A DNA stretch of 64,000 nucleotides from an uncultured Candidatus Saccharibacteria bacterium (GTDB lineage: Bacteria; Patescibacteriota; Minisyncoccia; Phycocordibacterales; UBA918), in assembly GCA_964350985.1 (NCBI GenBank), contig CAYGLK010000001.1, forward strand, positions 91,018 to 155,017, written 5' to 3'. The notes below the pieces were generated by a model that saw only the letters and a list, made by a program, of their open reading frames with translations, was not told where the DNA came from and ran no database searches. A program made the translations under genes and the position numbers. Positions 19,063 through 29,186 of this stretch are shown here, in pieces (position 1 is the stretch's first letter; the number at the start of each line of letters is the position of its first letter).

Positions 19063-22000
19063 ATGTCTAAAACACAACAATTCACAAAGCACACTCCGGC
19101 TCTCGCTGACATTAATGAAATTAGTTTAAAGCTAGCTTCACCTGAAACTATTCTTGAATGGTCACATGGAGAGATCACTAAGCCTGAAACAATCAACTAC
19201 CGAACACAACGTCCTGAAAAGCACGGTCTTTTCGACGAAAGAATCTTTGGACCAGTAGAAGACTACGAATGTTCTTGTAAGAAGTATCGTGGTATTCGTT
19301 ACAAAGGTATCGTTTGTGAGAAGTGTGGAGTAGAAGTTACTCGCGCTATCGTAAGACGAGAAAGAATGGGTCACATTGATCTTTGTATTCCAGTGTCACA
19401 CATTTGGTTCTTACGTGGAGTACCAAGTCGAATTGCTATGATCCTAGGGATCACAGCTTCTGCTGTGGAGAAGGTAATTTACTTTGCTGGATACATCGTT
19501 ACAAAAGTAAGTGAAGAAGACCGAACTCGTCTACTTAGAGAACTTGATACTGAATTTAAGACAAAATTCAAAGCGCTACAGAACGAAGATGCTAAAGAAG
19601 CTTTGAAGACTCGAATGGAAGGAATGAAAAAGGAGATTGACAGTATTGCTCCTGGAGTTGTACTAGATGAAGCAAATTTCCACCGTTACTCAATCAAATA
19701 CAGTACGCTTTTTGAAGCGAAGATTGGAGCAGAAGCGATTTTTGAATTATTTAAAGCTGTAAAGATTGATGAGTTAATCAAGCGTCTTGAAACTGAACGT
19801 GAGACAGCTGGAGCAATGGAACGAGCAAAGCTTGATAAGCGTTTGTCTTTGATCCGAGGTATGTCTAACTCAGGCGTTCGTCCTGAATGGATGTTCCTAA
19901 CTCGAATTCCAGTTATCCCGCCAGCGATTCGTCCAATGGTAGCTCTTGAAGGTGGACGACATGCGTCTTCAGACCTAAACGACCTTTACCGACGTGTGAT
20001 CAACCGAAACAATCGTTTGAAGAAATTGATTGATATTCAAGCACCTGACGTTATTCTTCGAAACGAAAAGCGTATCTTGCAAGAAGCCGTCGATGCTTTG
20101 ATCGATAACTCAATTCGTCATGGTGGTGGAGCTTACTCAGCAATGAGTCAAGCACAACGCCGACCTTTGAAGTCTCTTTCTGATTACCTTAAGAGTAAGC
20201 AAGGTTACTTCCGACAAAACCTACTTGGTAAGCGTGTGGACTACTCTGGACGTTCTGTGATCGTTATTGGTCCTGAACTTGCTCTAGATCAATGTGGTCT
20301 ACCAAAGCACATGGCTCTGGAACTTTTCCGACCGTTTGTGATTGCTGAACTTCTAAAACAAGAACTTGCATACAACATTCGTGGAGCGGGAAGGTTGATT
20401 GAAGACGGAGTACCAGAAGTATGGGCAATTTTGGAAAATGTAATTAAGCCAAAACACGTTCTACTAAACCGTGCGCCGACACTTCACCGTCAAGGTATCC
20501 AAGCTTTCCGTCCAGTATTGATTGAAGGAAATGCTATCCAAGTTCACCCTCTTGTTTGTCGAGCGTTTAACGCTGACTTCGACGGTGACCAGATGGCGGT
20601 ACACGTACCATTGTCTGATGAAGCACAAATGGAAGCTCGAGAAATTATCTCTGCAAACAAAAACATCCTAAAGCCTGGATCTGCTGAGCCGGTTGTATCT
20701 GAAAAGCTACTTGATATGGCTTTGGGTGCATACTGGATGACTAAAGCAATGCCAGGCGCAAAGGGAGAAGGAAAGTTCTTCTCTTCACCAAACGATGCTA
20801 TTAACGCTTACGACTATGGAGTGATTGACTTCCGAGCGATGGTGAAAGTACTAGCGACAGACACTGATAAGTACAAGCAATACGAAGGAAAAATATTTGA
20901 AACTACTGTTGGGCGTTTGATCTTCAACAGTGTGCTTCCTTCAGACCATCCATTTATCAATGACGTGATTGTGCAGCGAACTATTTTTGCTGTAGTGATC
21001 GATATTATTGATGCACGTGGACCTGAAGCTGTACCAGCGATTGTCGACAAGCTTAAGAAACTAGGACTCAAGTATGCAACTCTATCTGGAGTAACTTGGG
21101 GAATTGATGAAGTAAGTGTGCCAAAACAAAAGCCAGCAATCCTTGAAAAGGCTCGTGTAGAAGAACGTGGTATTTTCGAAGCTTATGACGAAGGTTTGAT
21201 CTCACGAGACGAACGTCGTCGTATGATCGTGGAAGTTTGGCACCGAGCTAAGACTGAAATCGAACGAGTACTACCTGAAACTCTAGACGAAAACGGATCT
21301 GCCTATGAAATGTGGAAGTCAGGAGCTCGAGGGTCTCTAGGACAGATCGCTCAGATGGCCGGTATGAAGGGACTGATTGTAAACACTCGAGGTGAGACAG
21401 TTGAGTTCCCAATTCTTTCTTCAATGAAAGAAGGTATGTCACCGATTGAATACTTTACGACTACTCACGGTTCTCGTAAGGGTCTGGCCGATACAGCCCT
21501 TCAAACAGCTAAAGCTGGTTACCTTACTCGTCGTCTCTTCGTAGTAGCGCAAGACGCTATTGTGACTGAAGCTGATTGTAAGACTAAGCTTGGAATCAAG
21601 ATTGGTAGAATTTCAGCTTCTGGGATTGAAATTGCTTTCTCAAAGGCAATTAAGGGTCGAGTTTTGACTGAGGATGCAACTGATAGTAAGGGTCGAGTAA
21701 TCTTCCCGAAAGGACACTTGCTCACTCGTCTAGACGCTATATCTGTAGAAGAATCAACTTGTGAAAATGTTGGTGTACGATCACCGATGACTTGTAAGAC
21801 ACTTCGAGGAGTTTGTCAGCAATGTTATGGTGTTGACCTTTCAAGTAACAAGCTAGTTGATATCGGAGAAGCGGTAGGAACTGTTGCTGCTCAAGCGATT
21901 GGAGAGCCAGGAACACAGCTGACAATGAACACTAAGCACGCCGGAGGAACTGCGTCAGCTGGAGGAGACGTAACTTCAGGTCTTCCTCGAGTAGAAGAAG

Positions 22001-22725
22001 TATTTGAAAAGCGACAACCAAAGATTCCTGCAGTTGTTTCTAAGTGTGAAGGTCAAGTAGTTGATATTCGAACTGAAGGACGTGAGAAGATTGTGGTGGT
22101 AGCACCAGACATGACAGCAAAGGGCGCACCAAAGAAGAAGGATAACATCGAATACGAAATTCATTATCGTCGTGTAGTAACTGTCTCAAAGGGAGATAAA
22201 GTTATTGCTGGACAAATGATCACTGACGGATCAGCTCTCTTGCCTGAACTATTTAAGTTTGGTGGTCAAGAAGTAACTCAAGACTACATCATTGCTGAAG
22301 TAAACAAGATTTACGAACTACAAGGTGTAACTATTGCTCGAAAGCACATTGAACTTATTGTTAAGCAAATGATGTCTCGAGTGAAGATTACAGCGTCAGG
22401 TGAAAGTCCGTTTACAGTTGGTGAAGTTGTTGAAGAATGGATCTTTGTTGAAGCAAACATGAAGCTTAAAGAAGAAGGTAAAGAAGTAGCTAAGGCAGAT
22501 AAATTGATCTTGGGTATTACTGAGACTTCATTATCTCGAAAGAGTTTCTTGTCAGCTGCTTCATTCCAAAACACAACTCGTGTCTTGATCAATGCTGCTG
22601 TAAAGGGAAGTCACGATAATCTAGCTGGACTTATGGAGAACGTGATCATTGGTAAATTGATTCCTGCTGGATCTGGATTTAAGGGCAGCAAGAAGTTCGA
22701 TATGATCGAAAACATGCCTAAGTAG
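19063..22725 (+). CDS. rpoC: RNA polymerase beta' subunit
   Basis: N-terminal zinc finger, LLGKRVDYSGRSVI, catalytic NADFDGDQM, AQAIGEPGTQLT. Confidence 0.99.
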   Translation: MSKTQQFTKHTPALADINEISLKLASPETILEWSHGEITKPETINYRTQRPEKHGLFDERIFGPVEDYECSCKKYRGIRYKGIVCEKCGVEVTRAIVRRERMGHIDLCIPVSHIWFLRGVPSRIAMILGITASAVEKVIYFAGYIVTKVSEEDRTRLLRELDTEFKTKFKALQNEDAKEALKTRMEGMKKEIDSIAPGVVLDEANFHRYSIKYSTLFEAKIGAEAIFELFKAVKIDELIKRLETERETAGAMERAKLDKRLSLIRGMSNSGVRPEWMFLTRIPVIPPAIRPMVALEGGRHASSDLNDLYRRVINRNNRLKKLIDIQAPDVILRNEKRILQEAVDALIDNSIRHGGGAYSAMSQAQRRPLKSLSDYLKSKQGYFRQNLLGKRVDYSGRSVIVIGPELALDQCGLPKHMALELFRPFVIAELLKQELAYNIRGAGRLIEDGVPEVWAILENVIKPKHVLLNRAPTLHRQGIQAFRPVLIEGNAIQVHPLVCRAFNADFDGDQMAVHVPLSDEAQMEAREIISANKNILKPGSAEPVVSEKLLDMALGAYWMTKAMPGAKGEGKFFSSPNDAINAYDYGVIDFRAMVKVLATDTDKYKQYEGKIFETTVGRLIFNSVLPSDHPFINDVIVQRTIFAVVIDIIDARGPEAVPAIVDKLKKLGLKYATLSGVTWGIDEVSVPKQKPAILEKARVEERGIFEAYDEGLISRDERRRMIVEVWHRAKTEIERVLPETLDENGSAYEMWKSGARGSLGQIAQMAGMKGLIVNTRGETVEFPILSSMKEGMSPIEYFTTTHGSRKGLADTALQTAKAGYLTRRLFVVAQDAIVTEADCKTKLGIKIGRISASGIEIAFSKAIKGRVLTEDATDSKGRVIFPKGHLLTRLDAISVEESTCENVGVRSPMTCKTLRGVCQQCYGVDLSSNKLVDIGEAVGTVAAQAIGEPGTQLTMNTKHAGGTASAGGDVTSGLPRVEEVFEKRQPKIPAVVSKCEGQVVDIRTEGREKIVVVAPDMTAKGAPKKKDNIEYEIHYRRVVTVSKGDKVIAGQMITDGSALLPELFKFGGQEVTQDYIIAEVNKIYELQGVTIARKHIELIVKQMMSRVKITASGESPFTVGEVVEEWIFVEANMKLKEEGKEVAKADKLILGITETSLSRKSFLSAASFQNTTRVLINAAVKGSHDNLAGLMENVIIGKLIPAGSGFKGSKKFDMIENMPK

Positions 22726-22740
22726 ATCCTACTTAAAGCA

Positions 22741-22779
22741 TTAAAAAACAGGACGGCCTTCGGTCGTCCTGTTTTTTAA
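22741..22779 (+). terminator. rpoBC terminator
   Basis: TTAAAAAACAGGACGGCC-ttc-GGTCGTCCTGTTTTTTAA. Confidence 0.85.
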
Positions 22780-22830
22780 TAAAAATAAGTGACCATTGAC
22801 ACATTTAAAATCTAATGTAGCATTAAAATA

Positions 22831-24846
22831 ATGAACAGCTATATATTTAATAGCATATACATGTACGCCTTTAAGGTGCTTATAGTAGCAATCTTGCTAA
22901 TCTGCCTACCACTTGTTGTCTTGGCTCATTCTGAGGCTGTAGCGGGGCATTTTGACACTAATAAGGCTGTCCAGGATTTGGTTGTAAAGATTCAATCTAT
23001 TTCAGGAGAGGTAAGCGATTATGTTAATGAAGTAAGCACAATTAAGAAGCTGAAAAGTAGAAACGAACTCCTGACTGATCTAGCTGTTGTTAACCCGGCG
23101 GCATTCTTTGGTGCTATTTTCACTGACAAAGAAAGGGAAAAAATTCCTAAATTATTCACAGATAAGATTGAAGTAAATGTTACTCAGACTGGAAAAATAA
23201 GAGCCTTTCAAGTTGACGATTTTTCACGCCCAGAAAACTCCCAGACAGATTATTACCTTGAAGTTGATGGTAAAGAGTTCAGCCTTTATTCAGTCGTACC
23301 TTTGAGTCAGTTTGATCCAGGTTCTACCGTTACTGTAAGTGGTATCGGTTTAGATAATATCTTAGTTGCTAAAAATGTAACTGCTGCAGATACTTCTGTT
23401 AATACAGAATCAATTGGCGAACAAAAGACAGCAGTACTGTTGGTTGATTTTGAAGATTCTGTGGCGCAAAGACCTTTTAATATTAAGGAAGCCCAAGATA
23501 TTATCTTTGATAGTCAGTTTCAGAAGTTTTACCAAGAACAATCTTACGGAAAAATTAGTTTTGTTGGGGATGTTTTTGGCTGGTTTACTATACCGCGATC
23601 TATCAACAGGCTTAACTCTGCTTGTGGAGCTGTAACTATAAGTGAGATTGAGAATATTATTGTACAAAATAGTATTAACTTAGAAAAGTACGATCGCTTG
23701 GTTATCATGCCTAGCCATCCAAGTATCACAGGAGGCTGCTCTTCAGTGGGTAAGTACAACCAAGTTTTTAATGGAAAGAATTATTATATTTCAGTTTCTT
23801 GGATCGGAAATATAATTCAATATAACGAGCCTTCACAGTGGGGTAGCCAGCCGTTTTTGTGGACTAATTTAGATTATCTCTTAGCTCATGAACTAGGCCA
23901 TGCAATAGGACTCCCTCATGCCAATGGTTTAGATTGTCACAATGAAATTATTTACGGAAACAATTGCCAAGATATTGAGTATGGAAATGCTTTCGATACG
24001 ATGGGCAACATTAGTTACGGGCTTCATTTTAATGCTGTCTATAAAGATAAACTAGGTTGGCTTTCAAAGGAAAATTTAAAAACAATTTCCGCTAGTACAA
24101 AAGAAATTAAACTGAGTCCGCTAGAAACTGGAAAAGAAAATGCTGCTATAAAAATAATACTTGGAGATAAAAATACTCGAATTAAAAATAGTGTGTATTA
24201 TCTTGAGTATAGAAACCCAATTGGTTTTGATGCAAATTTAGGAAGAAAAGATTTGTTTCAGAATACTAGAGGAGTGTTTGTAAATAAAAATCCACTGTTT
24301 TCTACGGAGTCAAAGTTACTAGATATGACTCCGTCTGACTCTACTTCTTGGTACGCAGGCATCAAAAATACTACTCTTAATCCTGGCAAGGTTTTCATAG
24401 ATCCAGGTATGGGTATCTCTATTAAGGTCTTAGGAAGCTCAAATTTATCGGTCAGTAGAGAAAGTTCTCCGTCTGTAGCTGTTATTTATTCTGAGCCAGA
24501 GTGCCAAAATTTTGCTCCTAAGATTAATAATGCTTTTGCTTTACTCCACACATCAGCAGGTGCTACTGGTTACGTCAGTCTTCAGTATGAAAATGCTGAT
24601 TACTTTGGTTGTGGCGCTACGGACTTTGTGACGGAAATATCTTTACCAGAAGGTTGGTCCATAGCGCAAATGTATCCAGATTCAGGGAGTCAAAGGCTCG
24701 TACCTGAGCAACCTGCTTATAGTGACGTTTACTTCTACATTCCTTTTAATACCACTCCCGGCGCTTACTTTATTGAAACAAGAGTAAGAAATACTAGTAG
24801 CGGTCTAGTGAGTTCATATCCAACGAATATCTTTGTCTCAAACTAG
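22831..24846 (+). CDS. secreted metzincin metallopeptidase (M11/M6-like) with C-terminal Ig-like domain
   Basis: Signal peptide; HELGHAIGLPH zinc motif, Met-turn EYG..FDTMG, KLGWL, YYLEYR; C-terminal LPEGW..PGAY; promoter TTGACA at 22796. Confidence 0.8.
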   Translation: MNSYIFNSIYMYAFKVLIVAILLICLPLVVLAHSEAVAGHFDTNKAVQDLVVKIQSISGEVSDYVNEVSTIKKLKSRNELLTDLAVVNPAAFFGAIFTDKEREKIPKLFTDKIEVNVTQTGKIRAFQVDDFSRPENSQTDYYLEVDGKEFSLYSVVPLSQFDPGSTVTVSGIGLDNILVAKNVTAADTSVNTESIGEQKTAVLLVDFEDSVAQRPFNIKEAQDIIFDSQFQKFYQEQSYGKISFVGDVFGWFTIPRSINRLNSACGAVTISEIENIIVQNSINLEKYDRLVIMPSHPSITGGCSSVGKYNQVFNGKNYYISVSWIGNIIQYNEPSQWGSQPFLWTNLDYLLAHELGHAIGLPHANGLDCHNEIIYGNNCQDIEYGNAFDTMGNISYGLHFNAVYKDKLGWLSKENLKTISASTKEIKLSPLETGKENAAIKIILGDKNTRIKNSVYYLEYRNPIGFDANLGRKDLFQNTRGVFVNKNPLFSTESKLLDMTPSDSTSWYAGIKNTTLNPGKVFIDPGMGISIKVLGSSNLSVSRESSPSVAVIYSEPECQNFAPKINNAFALLHTSAGATGYVSLQYENADYFGCGATDFVTEISLPEGWSIAQMYPDSGSQRLVPEQPAYSDVYFYIPFNTTPGAYFIETRVRNTSSGLVSSYPTNIFVSN

Positions 24847-24876
24847 TTAAAAGAAGTTGCTTATTAATACTTTATT

Positions 24877-24922
24877 ATAAAACTAGTTTATCTATCATCA
24901 GGGATAGATAAACTAGTTTTAT
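24877..24922. promoter_or_regulatory. TATCTATC-N6-GATAGATA site 1, within a 20-bp perfect inverted repeat
   Basis: ATAAAACTAGTTTATCTATC-atcagg-GATAGATAAACTAGTTTTAT between convergent genes. Confidence 0.7.
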
Positions 24923-24929
24923 TATTTTC

Positions 24930-25358
24930 TTACTTGTCCTTATTTAAAAGAATGTTGTCTGCGATACTAAAAAGTAAAAAGTGCATTGGATAACGACTTT
25001 TCAAATCAGTGAAACTTAGTGGAGACACGCGATTTCTGGAACCGCTAGATTTTTTGGACTTAGGCTTCTTTTGTTTATCTTTGACATCTCTATATGAAGG
25101 TAACTCTTTACTGATCCATTGTCTGATATTGCGAAAAGTATTAGGACTGATCTGTAATATCTCATTAACTTCATAATAAGTTGCACCAGTTAGTATCAAA
25201 CGTGCAATTACTATTCGTCTTCCAACCGCAAGACGTTCTTTTTCAGTCAAGACTTGTTGAATAAAAGAATTTACTGCAGCCTCACCTTTAAATTGACCGG
25301 CAGCAGCGGAGAGTGCGTCATTTATTAATTTATCCTCCTTAATTTGTCTCAGATTCAT
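24930..25358 (-). CDS. TrpR-like (YerC/YecD family) helix-turn-helix protein
   Basis: FIQQVLTEKERLAVGRRIVIARLILTGATYYEVNEILQISPNTF matches the YerC/TrpR LT..E....R..IA..L..G.TY pattern. Confidence 0.8.
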   Translation of the reverse strand: MNLRQIKEDKLINDALSAAAGQFKGEAAVNSFIQQVLTEKERLAVGRRIVIARLILTGATYYEVNEILQISPNTFRNIRQWISKELPSYRDVKDKQKKPKSKKSSGSRNRVSPLSFTDLKSRYPMHFLLFSIADNILLNKDK

Positions 25359-25380
25359 AAATAAAAATTTAATTAGTAAC

Positions 25381-25492
25381 TCTCTATCTATCATCAATGA
25401 TAGATAGAGACCACACTATAAATACTATCATCAGTGATAGATAAAGAGAATCACATTGGTTTAATTTATCTATCCTCAATGATAGATAAATT
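25381..25492. promoter_or_regulatory. three tandem TATCTATC-N6-GATAGATA sites upstream of the TrpR-like gene
   Basis: 25381-25410 TCTCTATCTATC-atcaat-GATAGATAGAGA; 25425-25443 CTATC-atcagt-GATAGATA; 25463-25492 AATTTATCTATC-ctcaat-GATAGATAAATT. Confidence 0.75.
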
Positions 25493-25633
25493 TGATGCAG
25501 AATCAATAACATATGTTTTTAAAAGACAAAACCCGGCAAGCGCAGGGCTTGTCAGGTTCTAAAGTTTGGTAAGTTGGTAGTAGATTTATCAGCCAAGTCT
25601 CTACAGTCGGTGTCCGAACTGCTTCAAATTTCT

Positions 25634-25840
25634 TCAGGCGCGGATTAGGAGTGTGATTGGTCCGAGAACAATGAACAAAAAAGCACCGCATACATATCCA
25701 AATTTGAACTGAAAAGTGGCGGAACTTTTGATGCGGAAGATCAATTTCCTCTTGTACCAAATCGAAATTGTACAAATGATAGAGCGAACCAGCCAAAAAA
25801 ACAGCAAACCATTGAGCAGAAAAGGGAGGAGGTAGGTCAC
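25634..25840 (-). CDS. orphan small two-TM membrane protein
   Basis: SD GGAG 6 nt before GTG 25840; promoter TTGACT-16-TATTGT; two hydrophobic segments; TGA stop. Confidence 0.6.
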   Translation of the reverse strand: MTYLLPFLLNGLLFFWLVRSIICTISIWYKRKLIFRIKSSATFQFKFGYVCGAFLFIVLGPITLLIRA

Positions 25841-25963
25841 GATTTTCTCCAAAGTGAGGGTAGGCGGGGTGGAACTTGTTTACAAGAACAATACAATACT
25901 TAGAATACAAGTCAATACTTTGGGCATAGTCTTTGTTTTCGCGTATAATGGCTGGCATAAGAT

Positions 25964-27727
25964 ATGTCAGATCCGGTGCAACAAATTAAAGATCGGCTAA
26001 ACATCGTTGATGTTGTTTCAGCTTATGTAGAACTCCATAAGGCAGGCAGACACTTCAAAGGAAAGTCTCCGTTTACCAGCGAGAAGACTCCTTCTTTTTA
26101 TGTTTCTCCAGATCGTGGAATGTACTACTGTTTTTCTACTAGCCAAGGCGGAGACATGTTCACTTTTGTGGAAGCGATGGAGGGAGTTGATTTTAAAGGC
26201 GCTTTAAAAATATTGGCAGAGAAAGCTAATGTTGAGTTAGTACCAGTGTCGCCGCAAAAGAAAAGTGAACGCGATCGTCTGTATGTTGTTATGGAAGAGG
26301 CAACCAACTTTTATGTTACGCGACTTCAGAATGCTAAAGCAGCCAAAAAGTATTTGGAAGAAAGAGGTGTTAATGAAGCTAGTCTAGAGTCTTGGCGGAT
26401 TGGTTTTGCTCCTGGTCCGCCTGACGATGGTTGGAGGGAAGTGAAAGACCATCTCTTAATGAAGGGCTATACCGAAGCAGAATTATTTAAAGCCGGTTTA
26501 GTAAAAGAAAGTGGAAAAGGGAAAGATGCCTACGATGTATTTCGTAACCGGATAATGTTTCCACTCTTTGATCAAGGTGGGCGAGTAGTAGGCTTTTCTG
26601 GAAGAACACTTGAGTCAGGTCCTGAAATACCAAAATACGTAAACTCACCCGAAACTGAACTCTATAAAAAATCAGAACTACTCTATGGCTATGACCGAGC
26701 CAGAAAGGGAATTAGAAACCTCAACTTTTCACTGATTGTAGAGGGGCAGTTTGATGTCGTTATGAGCCATCAGTCGGGCTACACAAACACAGTAGCTGTT
26801 TCTGGGACTGCTTTAACGCCACTTCACGTGCAATTACTTGAACGACTATCTACAAAGGTTGTTTTGGCCCTGGATTCAGACAAGGCTGGTGTGGCTGCCG
26901 TAAAGAGAGCGGCTGACCTAATGCTTAGACGTGGTTTGGACGTTAAGGTGGCTGCTTTGCCCAAGGGGCAAGATCCAGCTGATATCGTACTTAAAGACAT
27001 CAAAGAATATAAACAAGCGATTGGAAAATCACTACATGTAATCGAGTTCTTACTTCAACACCTCAAAGAAAGAAACTTAGATGAACGCACCTTTAAGCTT
27101 CAGGCTAGAGAAGAGATTTTGCCGTACATAAATCTTTTACCAAATCATATTGATCAAGATCACTTTGAAGCTAAGCTGGCCGAAGCTTTGAACACTACCA
27201 AAGAGGCGGTTCATTATGAGGTTGAAAGATTGAATGAAAATAAAGAAAGAGCTTCAAATACCAAAGAAGTTACAAATAAACCAGTCGTAAAAAAGCCAGC
27301 AGTTGAACAACTACCACAACAAAGAATGACAGCACTCCTAGCTTACGTTGTCTCCGCTTACACTCTTTTTGATTCAGATATTTCTAGTAAGCTAAAAGCG
27401 TTGATAGAAGCTATTACTAGTAAAACTATAGAGGAGCTAGATAGTACTATAAGCCCAGGAACAAAAGCTGAAGTACTTTTTAGAGCAGAGTCATTTTTAG
27501 ATAAAAACCCTCGTAAAGTTTTTGATGACGAATTTATTCACTCCCTAAACGAATTGCGAGCTCAGACAATTAAAAACGAGATTAACCGAGCCAGGAAGCA
27601 GTTAGAAGAGGCGGAGAGTATGGGTCAAGAGGATAAGATTACAGAAGCAATTCAGTTAGTTTCCTTATTACGGCAAAAATTACAAGAAAACCCTTATACT
27701 GTTGAACTACTTGAAGAAAAGCAGTAA
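25964..27727 (+). CDS. dnaG: DNA primase
   Basis: [11 protein letters not shown] zinc-binding domain (degenerate ligands), [37 protein letters not shown] Toprim. Confidence 0.97.
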   Translation: MSDPVQQIKDRLNIVDVVSAYVELHKAGRHFKGKSPFTSEKTPSFYVSPDRGMYYCFSTSQGGDMFTFVEAMEGVDFKGALKILAEKANVELVPVSPQKKSERDRLYVVMEEATNFYVTRLQNAKAAKKYLEERGVNEASLESWRIGFAPGPPDDGWREVKDHLLMKGYTEAELFKAGLVKESGKGKDAYDVFRNRIMFPLFDQGGRVVGFSGRTLESGPEIPKYVNSPETELYKKSELLYGYDRARKGIRNLNFSLIVEGQFDVVMSHQSGYTNTVAVSGTALTPLHVQLLERLSTKVVLALDSDKAGVAAVKRAADLMLRRGLDVKVAALPKGQDPADIVLKDIKEYKQAIGKSLHVIEFLLQHLKERNLDERTFKLQAREEILPYINLLPNHIDQDHFEAKLAEALNTTKEAVHYEVERLNENKERASNTKEVTNKPVVKKPAVEQLPQQRMTALLAYVVSAYTLFDSDISSKLKALIEAITSKTIEELDSTISPGTKAEVLFRAESFLDKNPRKVFDDEFIHSLNELRAQTIKNEINRARKQLEEAESMGQEDKITEAIQLVSLLRQKLQENPYTVELLEEKQ

Positions 27728-27771
27728 CAGTACTGGACAATTTCCATTTTTTCTGTATAGTAGTGGACACT

Positions 27772-29136
27772 ATGGCTACCAAAAAGGCCACAACAAAAAA
27801 AGTTAAAAAAGCGGCCAAAACCGTTACAAAAAAAATCAAAAAGGCTCCGGCCTCAAAAACAAAAGCAAAGAAGGTTGTAAAGAAGGCAGCTACGAAGAAG
27901 ACAAAAAAAGTAGTTAAAAAAGCGGCTAAAGCCGCTGTTAAAAGTGTCAAAAAAGTAACTACAAAGAAACTAGTCTCAAAAGCAAAGAAGGTTGTAAAGA
28001 AGGTTGTAGCTCCAAAAGCTAAAAAACCAGCTAAACCAGTCAAGAAAGTGCCGCTAACCAAGAGTGAGAAGATTCTTGAAATGAAAGCAGCTGAGTTAAT
28101 GCGCTCTGGTCGTGACCGAGGTTATGTTACTTATGACGAACTACTGAGAGCTTTTCCAGAAATCGAAAAAGACATCGCTTTTCTTGATGTGCTCTATGAT
28201 CGGTTTTCAATCGCTGGGGTTGATGTGCTACAAAGCGGTGGAATGTTGGGTGAGGATACCAGTGCTGAGATTATTGCTCAGAAAAATGCTTTTAAGCGAA
28301 GCGATAGTAGTTACGACTCTATTCAAATGTATCTGCGAGAGATCGGACAATATCCACTTTTGAATGCTCAAGAAGAACGAACATTAGCAAAAAGAATTGT
28401 TGATGGAGATGATGAGGCTAGAAACTTACTGGCGCGGGCAAACCTACGTTTGGTAGTTTCAATTGCTAAGAAGTATGTTGGACGTTCTCCTGACCTAACT
28501 TTACTTGATCTTATTCAGGAAGGAAACCTTGGTTTGTTTAAGGCGGTAGATAAGTTTGACTTCACTAAAGGTTTTAAGTTTTCTACTTATGCTACTTGGT
28601 GGATCAGACAAGCGATTACTCGAGCATTAGCAGACCAGTCTAGAACTATTCGTATCCCGGTTCATATGGTTGAGACTATGGCTAAGTATAAGCAGGTCTC
28701 AAGGAGATTATCTCAAGACTTGGGTCGTGACCCGATGCCTGAGGAGATCGCTACTGAAATGGGTGTTGAAGTAGAGAAGGTTTACCAGATTGAAAAAATC
28801 AGTCAGGATACTATTTCACTTGAACTGCCAGTAGGTGACGACGACGACCGCTCAAGACTTTCAGACTTTATTTCTGACGATAAAATCGTATCTCCAGACC
28901 AAGAAGTGGCTCACAGTATTTTGACAGACCAAATTACTGAGATTCTAGATACTTTATCTGAAAAAGAAAGAAAGATTTTGGAAATGCGTCATGGATTACT
29001 AGATGGTACTTACCATACACTTGAAGAGGTAGGAAAAGAGTTTGGTGTCACTCGTGAACGTATTAGACAAATTGAAGCTAAAGCATTAGAGAAGATCAGA
29101 CAACACGAAAAAGCACGAAGACTTAAGTCTTACTAA
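27772..29136 (+). CDS. rpoD: primary sigma factor RpoD with histone H1-like Lys/Ala N-terminal extension
   Basis: [63 protein letters not shown]. Confidence 0.96.
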   Translation: MATKKATTKKVKKAAKTVTKKIKKAPASKTKAKKVVKKAATKKTKKVVKKAAKAAVKSVKKVTTKKLVSKAKKVVKKVVAPKAKKPAKPVKKVPLTKSEKILEMKAAELMRSGRDRGYVTYDELLRAFPEIEKDIAFLDVLYDRFSIAGVDVLQSGGMLGEDTSAEIIAQKNAFKRSDSSYDSIQMYLREIGQYPLLNAQEERTLAKRIVDGDDEARNLLARANLRLVVSIAKKYVGRSPDLTLLDLIQEGNLGLFKAVDKFDFTKGFKFSTYATWWIRQAITRALADQSRTIRIPVHMVETMAKYKQVSRRLSQDLGRDPMPEEIATEMGVEVEKVYQIEKISQDTISLELPVGDDDDRSRLSDFISDDKIVSPDQEVAHSILTDQITEILDTLSEKERKILEMRHGLLDGTYHTLEEVGKEFGVTRERIRQIEAKALEKIRQHEKARRLKSY

Positions 29137-29140
29137 ACTA

Positions 29141-29179
29141 AATAAAAACAGCGCGGCCTACGGCCGCGCTGTTTTTATT
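29141..29179. terminator. bidirectional terminator
   Basis: AATAAAAACAGCGCGGCC-tac-GGCCGCGCTGTTTTTATT. Confidence 0.85.
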
Positions 29180-29186
29180 TGAGTTA

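Noticed and set aside
24877-25492. CRISPR array from the repeated TATCTATC palindromes
   Set aside because: Copies differ outside the core, spacing is irregular (37, 45 and about 500 bp) and there are no cas genes
25503-25958. 151-aa minus-strand ORF
   Set aside because: It runs across the dnaG promoter, the orphan's promoter and its terminator; the nested 25634..25840 frame has the SD and a coherent TM pattern
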